DNA of 60,000 nt from Mobula hypostoma (taxonomy: Eukaryota), in the NCBI RefSeq assembly GCF_963921235.1, contig NC_086101.1, positions 3,102,001 to 3,162,000 on the forward strand, given 5' to 3'. Under the pieces are notes generated by a model. The model worked only from the letters and a program-made list of their open reading frames with translations, was not told where the DNA came from and ran no database searches. The translations under genes and the position numbers were made by a program. This document shows, piece after piece, positions 12,396-24,349 of this stretch. The stretch's first letter is position 1. The number at the start of each line of letters is the position of its first letter.

Positions 12396-12504
12396 AAACA
12401 TGGAGAAGTTATCATCCTCACACCTGTTACAGGGAGCAGAGAATTTCTGTAGAAATTGGATAGACTTTGGTGCCACCAAATCTTCTGAATATCTTCTAAT
12501 GAAT

Positions 12505-13690
12505 ACCTCCAGCCTGCATGGCTCCATCTGAAGGTGAATCTCAGCCTCGGTAAGTTTGCCTTCTGCAAACATTTTCAATACATCCTCAGTAAATTGCTTT
12601 GTCAAAATATAATATTCAACTATTTTTCTTTGAATTTCTATCTTAGTCATACTCTTCTTTACCTCAATTCTCAATTCTTTAGCAATGTCCCGCACATCAT
12701 CCTTTTTAGCTCTCTTGAAAACCACGGGGTTTGGCGATGCCAGAAATTTCCTAACATCCATTTCTGCTGTTTTCCACACAACCAAATCAAAAGGGATTTT
12801 TCCCAATCATTTCAAACAAGCCTCCCGACCAATTTGTTCCTATCACGGATGCAGGCCCCAATTTTGTCACGTACCCTGTGACGGCGATAAAGAACCAGCA
12901 GAGATGGAAAACACTTTGGAGTCCAGTATTGCTATTAACTAATAATATTTATTAGTAACTACGTAATACAGTAATATAAATGTAGATAAATCAAACAGGT
13001 TAGCAATGATTATCTATATCAGTAAGTGTGGAAATATATGTGAAAATCAAGCTTCTTCAAGTCTAGGGGTAAAAAGATACAGTCTTATGATGATGAGTAA
13101 AGTTCAGTTCAGTTCGTGGTATTGAGTTGAGTAGTGATGGAGAGAGAGAGAGAGGGAGAGATTTGAATCTTCAGTTGAGCTGACCCTGTCAATCTTCTCT
13201 TTGTCCTCTGAAATCCTTTCAAAGTCACTGACTGTGACCACAACAAAGGGGACCAGTTTTCTGTGGTGGAGCTATCAACCCAGGCAAGGATGGACACATG
13301 GACAACTCCCCACCAGTCAATCCCTTTTCTCACTACAAGAGCGACTGATCGATCTGCCTGTTCGATCCTCCAAAAAACCCATTTTTTCTGCAGGCACAAC
13401 AAAGCTCATTCAGTGTCCAAAACTTGTGTCCAAGGTCTATATAATCTTTCCTCCTATTTTATCTTCCCGTGCTGAGCACCAGCTGTCTCTGAAATACTGT
13501 AACCTCACCCATCTCTGTCTGTGGAAGAAATGTACAAGCAGGCGATGTCCTTGAAGAAAGTATCAACAACCTGTGAGCAGTCTTCGTCTCTCTCTCTCTG
13601 TCTCTTTTCAAAACAACATGTCTGTGTTAAATAACTCTCTCTCTCTTTTCAAAAGTACAGTTCATAGGGGTAATTCAGGACCCTGTCACA
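12505..13690 (-). mobile_element. Gypsy (Gmr1-like) LTR retrotransposon 5' end: LTR 12865-13690, PBS 12842-12860, gag N-terminus
   Basis: LTR TGTGACAGGG...TACGTGACA, then AAAT TGGGGCCTGCATCCGTGAT (degenerate tRNA-Pro PBS), then MDVRKFLASP...AKKDDVRDIAKEL...KIEIQRKIVEYY. Confidence 0.75.
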
Positions 13691-14345
13691 ATTTTCAACA
13701 CTTCCTCCCCTCTCTCCCACACTTCCACCACTATGTATTCCTGATGATCTCCTTTTTCCAGTACCCTAAATGGTATACCTTGCTTGATTAACATAGCACA
13801 ACCCCCTCCTCCCCCTAGATTTCTATCTTTCCTTATCATTGTATACCCATATACCACAAAGTCTAAAGTTGGTTTCAACCAAGTTTCCTGAATACACACT
13901 ACATCGGTTTTACAACCATTTCTTTAATAAAGTGCTTGAATTCCTGGCTATTGGCCAGTAAGCTCCTTGCATTCCATTGCAAAAGAATCACCATAATTAG
14001 TATTAACCAACACATGACACTTCCTGGCTTGACGGATTAGTGAGGTGCTCCCTCACTTCTTCTCATGTCAGTCCTACTAACCCTAAATGGTTCACTGCTG
14101 CTTTGACCACCAGCTGAATTTTGTCACTTTTTGACTTTACCTCAGCCGTACTATTAATCACTCCTGCAATGAATGTTACTAGAGCCTTTTTGTCTACATA
14201 AATCCTGTCATTTGTTCTTTGTTGCATCTCTCACATCCCTATTGCTCCCTGTTCATTAGGAGCATTATTCTGTTCTCTTGACATTCTTACAGCTTCTGCA
14301 TAAGTGATCTTTCTTTTCACTCTTATTTCTTGAATTTTATTCTCC
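13691..14345 (-). mobile_element. Nimb/I-like LINE: end of ORF1 and AP-endonuclease start of ORF2
   Basis: LQWNARSL...CIQETWLKP...RKDR...GGGGCAMLIK (APE); ITYAEAVR at the ORF1 end. Confidence 0.8.
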
Positions 14346-16358
14346 CGTGTAAGGAGATAGCAGATATTTGTAGTAAGCACAAGGTTGTGATTGTGGGAGA
14401 TTTTAATTTTCCACACATAGACTGGGAAGCCCATAATATGAAAGGGCTGGATGGTTTGCAGTTTGTAAAATGTGTGCAGGATAGTTTTTTTCAGCAATAC
14501 ATGGAGGTACCAACTAGGGAAGGGGCAGTGTTGGATCTCCTGTTAGGGAATGAGATAGGGCAGGTGACGGAGGTATGTGTTGGGGAGCACTTCGGGTCTA
14601 GTGATCACAATGCTATTAGTTTCAATATAATTATGGAGAAGGATAGGTCTGGACCCAGAGTTGTGATTTTTGATTGGAGAAAGGCTAACTTTGAGGAGAT
14701 GCGAAAGGATTTAGGAGTAGTGGCTTGGGACAATTTGTTTCATGGAAAGAATGTAATAGAGAAATGGAGGTCCTTTAAAGGTGAAATTTTGAGGGTACAG
14801 AGTCTTTATGTTCCTGTTAAGTTGAAAGGAAAGGTTAAGAGTTTGAAAGAGCCATGATTTTCAAGGGATATTGCAAACTTGGTTTGGAAAAAGAGAGATA
14901 TCTACAATAAATATAGGCAGCATGGAGTAAATGAGGTGCTTGAGGAATATAAAGAATGTAAAAAGAATCTTAAGAAAGAAATTAGAAAAGTTAAAAGAAG
15001 ATATGAGGTTGCTTTGGGTAAGGTGAAAATAAATCCCAAGAGTTTCTACCGTTATATTAATAGCAAAAGGATAGTGAGGGATAAAATTGGTCCCTTAGAG
15101 AATCAGAGTGGACAGCTATGTGTGGACCCAAAAGAGATGGGGGAGATTCTGAACATAGAAACATAGAAAATATGTGCAGGAGTAGGTCATTCGTCCCTTT
15201 GAGCCTGCATCGCCATTCAGTATGATCATGGCTGATCATCCAACTCAGAACCCTGTACCAGCCTTCCCTCCATACCCCCGATCCCTTTAGCCACAAGGGC
15301 CATATCCAACTCCCTCTTAAATATAGGCAATGAACTGGCCTCAACTGTTTCCTGTGGCAGAGAATTCCACAGATTCACCACTCTCCGTGTGAAGAAGTTT
15401 TCTTTTCTTTGGTATTCACTAAGGAGAAGGATATTTAATTGTGTAAGATAAGGGAAACAAGAAGGGAAGTTATGGAAACTATGATGACTAAAGAAGAGGA
15501 AGTACTGGCCCTTTTAAGGAATATAAAAGTGGATAGGTCTCCGGGTCCTGACAGGATATTCCCTAGGACCTTGAGGGAAGTTAGTGTGGAAATAGCAGGG
15601 GCTCTGACAGAAATATTTCAAATGTCATTAGAAACAGGGATGGTGCCAGAAGATTGGTGTATTGCTCATGTTGTTCCATTGTTTAAAAAGGGTTCTAAGA
15701 GTAAACCTAGCAATTATCGGCCTGTGAGTTTGACGTCAGTGTTGGGTAAATTGATGGAAAGTATTCTTAGAGATGGTATATATAATTATCTGGATAGACA
15801 GGGTCTGATTAGGAACAGTCAACATGGATTTGTACGTGGAAGGTCATGTTTGAAAAATCTTATTGAATATTTGAAGAGGTTACTAGGAAAGTTGATGAGG
15901 GTAAAGCGGTGGATGTTGTCTATATGGACTTCAGTAAGGCCTTTGACAAGGTTCCACATGGAAGGTTGGTTAGGACGGTTCAATCGTTAGGTATTAATAT
16001 TGAAGTAGTAAAATGGATTCAGCAGTGGCTGGATGGGAGACGCCAGAGAGTAGTGGTGGATAACTCTTTGTCAGATTGGAGGCCAGTGACTAGCAGTGTG
16101 CCTCACGAGGGGGAACTTCTTTACTCAGAGAGTGGTAGCTGTGTGGAATGAGCTTCCAACAGAAGTGGTTGTGGCAGGTTCAATATTGTCGTTTAAAGTT
16201 AAATTGGACAACTATACGGACAGGAAAGGAATGGAGTGTTAAGGGTTGAGTGCAGGTCGGTGGGAGTAGGTGAGAGTAGGAGTTCAGCACGGACTAGAAT
16301 GGCCGAGATGGCCTGTTTCTGTACTATAATTGTTACAGTATATGATTATATGGTCTCA
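14346..16358 (+). mobile_element. CR1 LINE (APE, RT and 3' tail, internally deleted) with a minus-strand CR1 tail nested at about 15152-15400
   Basis: VIVGDFNFPHIDW, GSSDHN, SPGPDRIFPR, NYRPVSLTSV, QHGF and DFSKAFDKVPH; inserted into the Nimb-like element. Confidence 0.92.
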
Positions 16359-16762
16359 TAACCTCACACCCACTATATGCCACAGTATGATTTCCTCCAC
16401 AATTGCATCATTTTGGTTGCACTCCTGTTCCGCTCTTTCCGTATTCACGGTCACCCCCACATCTAGCACATCTCCTCTGCCTTTCACAGTTTTTAGCTAT
16501 GTGTCCAAACCTTTGACAATTATAGCACCTCAATGTCTTTGGTACATACACCCTTACTGGGTGACTCATGAAACCCAGGAACACCTTCCTTGGCACTCTT
16601 TATTCTTCAAATTCAATCAGTACTGATTCACTTTCCTTTTTCACTCCCTCCTTTGCTGTTTCAGTCATTGACCATTCATTACTTTTCCTCCTTTGATATT
16701 CCTCTTTAACGGCTCCATATTTGTACTCATTGGTACCCCCCCCCCCCGACACTCCTTTACAA
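16359..16762 (-). mobile_element. Nimb/I-like LINE ORF1 zinc-knuckle region (continues at about 17961-18200)
   Basis: VRVYVPKTLRCYNCQRFGHIAKNC...RCARCGG...CCNCGGNH...C (gag-like CCHC knuckles). Confidence 0.8.
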
Positions 16763-17960
16763 CAGGGGTCCCCAACCTTTTTTGCACTGCGGACCGGTTT
16801 CATATTGACAATATTCTTGCAGACCGGCCGACCCGGGGGCGGGGGAGGGGTAGAGTTGCCAACAGACAAGAGTAGCAGTCAAATACGTTATTTACCATGG
16901 GAGACTACAATGACCATGAAGCCTTGCGCGGGCACCAGTGCGCATGCGAGATTTGCGCACGCATGTACGTGCCTTTTTCTTTCTACAAATCATTTTTGGT
17001 GATTCTGTGGGGGGGGGGTGGGTGTTAATCACGACCGGAATATATGTGATAAGTGGCTAATACACTCAATTTCGTTTCTAAAAGGTTTTCTCTAACGAAT
17101 TTAATATTAAACACACAGCACATATTTTCCTCGCATGAATATAGTGATAAGTCAATTATCAGGGGAGGACAGGGGAGATTGAAGTAAGTGTTGAACGAAC
17201 TTCCAGTAGAAGTGGTAGAGACAGGTTCAATACTATCATTCAAAGAAAAATTGGATAGGTATATGGACAGGAAAGGAATGGAGGGTTATGGGCTGAGTGC
17301 AGGTCGGTGGGACGAGGTGAGAGTAGTGTTCGGCACGGAATAGAAGGGCAGAGATGGCCTGTTTCCGTGCTGTAATTGTTATATGGTTATATAAGTAAGT
17401 CAATAGCATCATGACATTTTAAGTAACGTTTGGATATTAAACACACAGCACATATTTTTCCCATATGAACATATAGAATCATTGCAACACACCAATATCG
17501 CTGAATCAGTGGGAGCCCTGGGCTTGTTTCCCTGCAACAAGACGGTCCTATCGAGGGGTGATGGGAGACAGTGATACTCGAAGGGGGTTCCTTATGTCCA
17601 GTCTATTCCGCAATTTGGTTTTTGTTGCATTCATCGCGGAGATATGTTGGAAATGGAAGCAACGTTTTCAGTGCTTTCCTGGCTATCTCAGGATATTTAG
17701 CCTTGACTTTGATCCAGAATGCCGGCAGAGATGTTATGTCAAACATACTTTTCAGCCCGTAGTCATTTGAAAGCTCGAGGAGTTGATCTCCTTCCCGCGC
17801 TGACATGGATAATGCGCGGGTAATGACCTCGCGTGTGTTCAAGCTCAACAGTGGCCGTGGTGGAATGAGGAAAGGTGCAGCTGACTGATATCACCAAATC
17901 TTATCATTTCCTCGCGGCCCGGTAACACATGCTTTGTGGCCCGGTTGTTGGGGACCGCTG
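16763..17960 (-). mobile_element. Non-autonomous hAT (Charlie-like) DNA transposon with a captured CR1 tail
   Basis: TIRs CAGGGGTCCCCAAC...GTTGGGGACCGCTG; flanks CTTTACAA and ATTTATAA (6/8 match, TSD-like); transposase C-terminal remnant SLPAFWIKVKAKYPEIARKALKTLLPFPTYL. Confidence 0.88.
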
Positions 17961-18354
17961 ATTTATAACCACCGCTATTTTGTGCTCCCACCCTCCCTGT
18001 GAATTCCACCTTATGTTTTCATATCTCTTTTAGCTTGAGTGCTTTCTCAAGTTGTTCCTCATTCGCACATCTTACCAATAGGTTGCCATCATTAAGGACT
18101 TTTGGAAATACTATTTCCCCTATCTTGTTAGCTCAAATGGGTTAATTTTCTGTTTCCTTGAGCCTTCTCATTAAACCTAATTATGACAAAACCTTCTTTC
18201 TGAACGTTCATCTTCCTCACTTTCAGAGCTCTCTCCTCTGTCATTTCTTATTCTTTTATTCCATTTGTCTCCGTTTTCATTCATCCGTCCCTCACTAACT
18301 CCTCATTCCCTTTATTTCTCTCTTCACAATTATCTTTACATGCACCACTATTTG

Positions 18355-19035
18355 CCTTCTCCCTCTCCCCCTCCTCTCTCCTCCCCCCTCCCCTCCCCCT
18401 CTCTTCCCCCTCCCCCACCTCTCCCCTCTCAGCCCCCTCCCCTCCCCCTCTCTTCCACCGTCCCCTTCCTCTCCCCCTCCCCCCTCCTCTCCACCCTCTC
18501 CTCCCCCTCTCCCCGCTCCTCTCTCCCTCCCCCAATCCCCTCCTCCCCCTCCCACTCCTCTCCCCCTCTCATCCCCCTCCTCTCCGCCTTCTTCTCCCCC
18601 TCCTCTCCCTTCCTCCTCCTCTCCCCCTCCTCCCCTTCCCCCTCATCTCCCCTTCCCCTCCTCCCCTTCCCCTTCTCCCCCCTCCCCTCACTCCTCCCCC
18701 TCCTCCGCCTCCCCGCTACCCCTCCTCTCCCCCTCCCTCCCCACTCCACTCCCCATCCCCCTCCCTCTCCTCCGTCTCCCTCTCCCTCTCCCCCACCCCC
18801 CTCTCCCTCTCCCTTACCCCTCCTCTTCCCCTCCCCTCCCCCCTCTTCTCCCCCTCTCCCTCCCCTCCCCTCCCCTACCACTCCCCATCCTCCTCCTCCC
18901 CTTCCCCCCTCCTCCTGCCCCCTCCCCTTCCCCCGCCCCTCCCCTCCTCTCCCCCTTCCTCTCCCCCCCATCCCCCTCCCCTCCCCGTCCCCTCCCCCCT
19001 CTCCCTCTCCTCCTCCCCCCTCCCCCGCCTCTCCA
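18355..19035. repeat. C/T low-complexity tract
   Basis: Near-pure pyrimidine run; the Pro/Ser and Gly/Glu ORFs are artefacts. Confidence 0.95.
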
Positions 19036-19114
19036 TGGGTAGGACACACAGAAAACAAGCGAAGAAGAAACGGTATAGTTCGTGAGCATTTAGTCAGCCT
19101 TTGTTCAGTTACAG

Positions 19115-20305
19115 CAGCGGTCCCCAACCACCGGGCCGCGGACCGGTGCCGGGCAGCAAAGCATTCGCTACCGGGCCGCGAGGAAACGATATGATTCGGC
19201 GATATGAGTCAGCTGCACCTTTCCTCATTCCCTGTCACGGTCACTGTTGAGCTTGAACACACGCGAGGTCATTACCCGCGCGTCATCCATATCAACGCGG
19301 GAAAAAGATCAACTCCTCGAGCTTGCAAATGACGGCGGGCAGAAAAGTATGTTTGACATAACATCTCTGCCGGCATTCCGGATCAAAGTCAAGGCTAAAT
19401 ATCCTGAGATAGCCACGAAAGCACTGAAAACGTTGCTATCTCTGTAATGAATGCAATGAAAACTAAACTGCGGAATAGACTGGACATAGGAACCCTCTTC
19501 GAGTATCGCTGTCTCCCATCACCCCTCGATGGGACCGTGTTGCTGCAGGAAAACAAGCCCAGGGCTCCCACTGATTCAGCGATATTGGTGTGTTGCAATG
19601 ATTTTATATGTTCATACGGGGAAAATATGTGCTGTGTGTTTAATATCCAAACGTTACTTAAAATGTTATGATGCTATTGACTTACTTTATAACCATATAA
19701 CAATTACAGAACGGAAACAGGCCATCTTGGCCCTTCCAGTCCGTGCCGAACGCTACTCTCACCTAGTCCCACCGACCTGCACTCAGCCCATAACCCACCA
19801 TTCCTTTCCTGTCCATATACCTATCCAATTTAACTTTAAATGATAATACCGAACCTGCCTCAGCCACTTCTGCTGGAAGTTCATTCAACACTTACTTCAA
19901 GCTTCCCTGATAGTTGACATCACTATATTCATGCGAGGAAAATATGCACTGTGTGTTTAATATTAAATTCGTTAGATAAACCCTTTTACAAACGAAATTG
20001 AGTACATTAGCCACTTATCACCTGTATTCCAGTCGTGATTAATACCCCCCCAATACAATCGCTAAAATCAATCTGTAAGGGGGGGAGGGGAATCAGCACG
20101 TACACGCATGCGCACACAGGTGCCCGCGCAAGGATTCATGGTCATTGTAGTCATTACGGGATAACAACGTATTTGACGGCTGCTCTTGTCCATTGGCAAC
20201 ACTAACCGCCCCCCCCCCCCGCCCCCGGCTCCCCGGTCGGCCGGTCCGCAAGAATATTGTCAATATGAAACCGGTCCGCAGTACGAAAAAGGTTGGGGAC
20301 CCCTG
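19115..20305 (+). mobile_element. Second copy of the hAT element, inverted relative to 16763-17960
   Basis: CAGCGGTCCCCAAC...GTTGGGGACCCCTG; same transposase remnant and same internal CR1 tail. Confidence 0.88.
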
Positions 20306-20370
20306 GTCTAGTGAAGCTTGTCTGTGATGCCTCACCTTATGGTGTAGGTGCAAGCATGTTATGTGTGATG
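20306..20370 (+). mobile_element. Gypsy pol (RNase H) remnant
   Basis: Reads VKLVCDASPYGVGA, matching the Gypsy RNase H DAS.YG.GA motif. Confidence 0.6.
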
Positions 20371-20815
20371 GATAGTCATAGTCATACTTTATTGATCCCG
20401 GGGGAAATTGGTTTCCGTTACAGTTGCACCATAAATAATAAATAGTAATAAAACCATAAATACTTAAATAGTAATATGTAAATTATGCCAGTAAATTATG
20501 AAATAAATCCAGGACCAGCCTATTGGCTCAGGGTGTCTGACCCTCCAAGGGAGGAGTTGTAAAGTTTGATGGCCACAGGCAGGAATGACTTCCTATGATG
20601 CTCTGTGCTGCATCTCGGTGGAATGAGTCTCTGGCTGAATGTACTCCTGTGCCCACCCAGTACATTATGCAGTGAATGGGAGACATTGTCCAAGATGGCA
20701 TGCAACTTAGACAGCATCCTCTTTTCAGACACCACTGTGAGAGAGTCCAGTTCCATCCCCACCACATCACTGGCCTTACGAATGAGTTTGTTGATTCTGT
20801 TGGTGTCTGCTGATG
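20371..20815 (-). mobile_element. Rex1/Babar-like LINE 3' fragment
   Basis: ADTNRINKLIRKAS...DNVSHSLH...RKSFLPVAIKLYN, AATAAA and a (TATGAC)n tail. Confidence 0.85.
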
Positions 20816-21180
20816 TCAATACCCATAGTTTTTGCATCACGTTCCCTAACTGCTGCAGAGGAAAATTGTGCACAGATTGACAGGAAGGCCTGAAGTCTGG
20901 TTTGGGGTGTAAAACTTGTTAACCAGAACCAGTATGGGAGAGAGTTGACCTCTGTTACTGATCATCTGCAGGCAACTCATCGATTAGTTGAGGAGAGCAG
21001 AGTTAATTGTCTGAGAAGAGAGATGGTCACTTCCTGCAGTCCCAGAGTGAACTCCTAGAACCACCACAGAGGAGGACCCAGAGCCTGCGATGGTTTCACA
21101 GCTACAAACATCTCCTGCCAGCCAGAGTGATCAGGAAAAAACATCATCCCCGAGGAGTAAGAAATCCTCCACAGTGATTA

Positions 21181-21555
21181 CGCAAACACGAGGAAATCTG
21201 CAGATGCTGGAAATTCAAGCAACAGACACAAAAGTTGCTGGTGAACACAACAGGCCAGGCAGCATCTCTAGGAAGAGGTACAGTCGACGTTTCAGGCCGA
21301 GACCCTTCGTCAGGACTAACTGAAGGAAGAGTGAGTAAGGGATTTGAAAGTGGGAGGGGGAGGGGGAGATCCAAAATGATAGGAGAAGACAGGAGGGGGA
21401 GGGATGGAGCCGAGAGCTAGACAAGTGATTGGCAAAAGGGATACGAGAGGATCATGGGACAGGAGGCCCAGGGAGAAGGAAAGGGCGGGGTGGGGGGAAA
21501 CCCAGAGGATGGGCAAGGAGTATAGTGAGAGGGACAGAAGGAGAAAAAGGAGATG
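21181..21555 (-). mobile_element. Penelope-like terminal repeat (pLTR) fragment
   Basis: Same sequence family as the ends of the PLEs at 35385-35710 and 54784-55355; contains the hammerhead motif. Confidence 0.85.
21281..21318 (-). ncRNA. Minimal type I hammerhead ribozyme (Penelope-type), intact core
   Basis: Minus strand UAGUC-CUGACGA-AGG(GUCUCGG)CCU-GAAAC-GUC|GACUG: CUGANGA and GAAA boxes, stem II, palindromic ACGU stem III, GUC cleavage site, stem I UAGUC/GACUG. Confidence 0.8.
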
Positions 21556-21689
21556 TCCCTGAAACTTCTCTGTAAATGTTCTCTATACTCTTTCAACCCT
21601 ATTGATATCTTTTCTGTAGGTAATTGCCTGTTTGTAAACTTTTCAATAACTTGTAGTGCTCAGCAGCTGTGGGCTGGATCAGCTGAGGT

Positions 21690-22310
21690 CAGGAGGCTGA
21701 GTACAGAAGAGCGGTGGACAACCGTTGAGGGGTGTGGGCTGAATCACCTGCAGCTGAACCTCACTAAGACAAAGGAGCTGGTAGTGGACTTCAGGAAGGT
21801 GAAAACACCCTGCATTCCTATCTCCATCAAGGGAATGGATGTGGAAGTCGTCCGGAACTACAGATATCCGGGAACTCACCTGGACATTTAACTGGACTGG
21901 AATAAAAATCCAGGGTCTCTGTACAAGAAGGGACAGAGCTGACTGTACTTCCCGAGGGGGCTCCGGTCACTCCACGTCCGCGGTACTCTGCTGCGGATGT
22001 TCTTCGACTCAGTGGTGGCCAGCATTCCATTCCACGCTGCAGTCTGCCGGGGCAGCAGGGTGAGAGCAGCTGATGCCTAGAAGATCGATACGCTCGTCGG
22101 GAAGGCTGGTTCTGTTCTGGGGGTTGTGTCTGAGGAGAGGACACTGCAGAAGCTACAGGGAATTATGGACAACCCCTCTCACCCCTCCATGACCTATTGG
22201 ACCAACAGAGGAGCACCTTTAGTGACAGACTGGTTCCACAAGGGGCACCACCGAACGTCACAGGAGATCATTTCCCCCTAAGCCTATAAGACTTAACAGC
22301 TCCTCCTCCT
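21690..22310 (+). mobile_element. Old Rex1/Babar-like LINE 3' fragment
   Basis: NHLQLNLTKTKELVVDFRK...VEVVRNYRYPGTHLD. Confidence 0.8.
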
Positions 22311-22384
22311 TAAGTATTTAGGTAGATGGTTTCATTGCACATTTGAATTTTGACTGTGGTTCTCAATCACATACATACACATTT

Positions 22385-23050
22385 TCTCTCCCCTCCTCAC
22401 CTCTCTCTGCCCTCCCCCTCTCTCTTCCTTCCCCCTCTTCCCTCCCCTCCCCTCTTCTCCCTCCTCTCCCCTCCCTCCCTCTCTCCCCTCCCCTCCCCCT
22501 CTTCTCTCTCCTCGTCTCTCCCCTCCACTCACCCTCCCCACCCCCTTTCCCCTCCCTCAACCTCTCTCACCTTGCCCCTTTTTCCCCTCCCCTCACTCTC
22601 TCCCCTACTCCTCTCTCCCCCCTACCCCTCCCCCTCTCGCTCTTCCCTCCTGCTCTCTCTTTTCCCTCCCCCTCCTCTCTCAGCCTCGCTCTCTTCCTCT
22701 CCCCTTTATTGATCGCTCTCTCTTCGCCTTCGCAAATGTCCCTTCCCCTCCCCCGTTTCTCCTTCCCCTCCCTCTGCTCATTCCCTCACTCCCTCTATCT
22801 CTCACCCGCGTTTCTCCCCCTCCCCCTCCAACTTCCCTGTCGCTCCTCGTGGCTCCTGTCCCCTCGGTCTCTGCTCCCGTGCCTCCCCCACCCTGCCTCC
22901 CTCTGTCCTTCCTCCTCACTCTCTCCATCCCGTTCCCCCCCCCCGCCCCCACCATCTTCTACTCGCTCTCTCTCACCCCCGAGCTCCCCCCTCACCGTAC
23001 CCCCGCGCTCTCGCAGGGTCCTCGCCCTCCCTCCCCTCCCCTCCGCACCC
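22385..23050. repeat. C/T-rich low-complexity tract
   Basis: Pyrimidine-dominated irregular repeats. Confidence 0.9.
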
Positions 23051-23729
23051 ACCCCATCCCGCGCTCCCCTCTCCGGCACTCACCTGTCGTGCGGGTGGCG
23101 GCGTTGCTTTCCGAGTCGTCGGTTCACTGTGACGCCGCGTGAAATGTTCAGATACAGTATTTCATCTCCGCGGCGGACTCCTGCGCCATTCGGTGCGACC
23201 CTTTTCGCGGCTCGTGGCCGTGGACGGAGGCGACCCAGCCGGTGCGGAGAGGTGGCTGGAGCCGCCGCCTGCGTTCTGACGGAATGGGTGTTGCTCTTGC
23301 TGTCCCTGGGGTGCGGGACAGTGTGGTTGGGTGACAACATCGCCAGACACCGCAAAAATGATGCTCACCCACCTCAGTATCACCCGAGGGTGGTGCACAC
23401 CCCGTGGACCTGAGTCACCGTCTGAGCATCGGAGCCGGGCGCATCCCCGAATCCACGTCCCGGGGAAACCGCTAACTCTTTCGGAACCGTCTCACTCCAA
23501 AGAGAAAAGCGGTGGATCTTTCAAGCTGTCTTATACGTGTCGCCAAAGACTCTCAGATTTGTAGACATGTACCATGGAGAGCGCCCTGACCGATTGTGTC
23601 ACTGTGTGGTATAGGGGGCTGGGGGGTACTCCACTGGGTCGGAGTAAACTCAGCCAGCGCCACAACAGGCACCTGATTGTGACTCTCAACTTTGTAAAGG
23701 CGGATTGGGTCCGATTAACTGGGCTTGTT

Positions 23730-24115
23730 TCTTGGGCACACACAAAATAATCTGCAGATGCTGCGGTCAAAGCAACACTCACAACAGGCTGGAGGAACTC
23801 AGCAGGTCGGGCAGCGTCCGTGGAAAAGTTCGGTCGACACTTCGGGCCGGAACACTTGTCAGGACTGTAGGGGGAGGGGGCAGAGCCCCGATAAGGAAGG
23901 TGGGGGGAGAGTGGGAAGGAGAAGGCTGGTAGGTGCCAGGTGAAAAACCAGTAAGGGGACAGATAAAGGGGTGGGGGGAGGGAAGCAGGGAGGTGATAGG
24001 CAGGAAAGGTGAAGAAAGAATGAGGGAAAACACAATGGGTAGTGGAAGGAGCAAACGTTGACTGTTCGTTTCCGCGGATGCTGCCCGACCTGTTGAGTTC
24101 CTCCAGCGTGTTGTT
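23730..24115. mobile_element. Penelope pLTR remnants in inverted arrangement, hammerhead degenerate
   Basis: CTGCAGATGCTG...GGAGGAACTCAGCAGGTCGGGCAGC at about 23750-23815 and its reverse complement at about 24075-24110. Confidence 0.7.
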
Positions 24116-24349
24116 TCTTGGGCTCTCTGCTGGCGTACGGGGCCGGAGAGGGGCGAGGTGGGTTCAGAGCTCAAAGATGGGTTCAAAGACCCCCTGCCCC
24201 CCCGCCCGCACACCCCTCAAAGAGGTATCTAACGATGAATGGAACGGAATGTAATACAGAGGTTTAGAAGGGGCGGGGTTGTTTTACTCGGGGGGGGGGG
24301 CGGAGGACGTGGATGGAATTGTCCGAGACGGGTGGGCGGGAGGCAGAGC

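Noticed and set aside
18265..19194. Pro-rich (extensin/formin-like) and Gly/Glu/Arg ORFs, also at 70-767, 22343-23413 and 40154-40942
   Set aside because: Translations of C/T low-complexity DNA.
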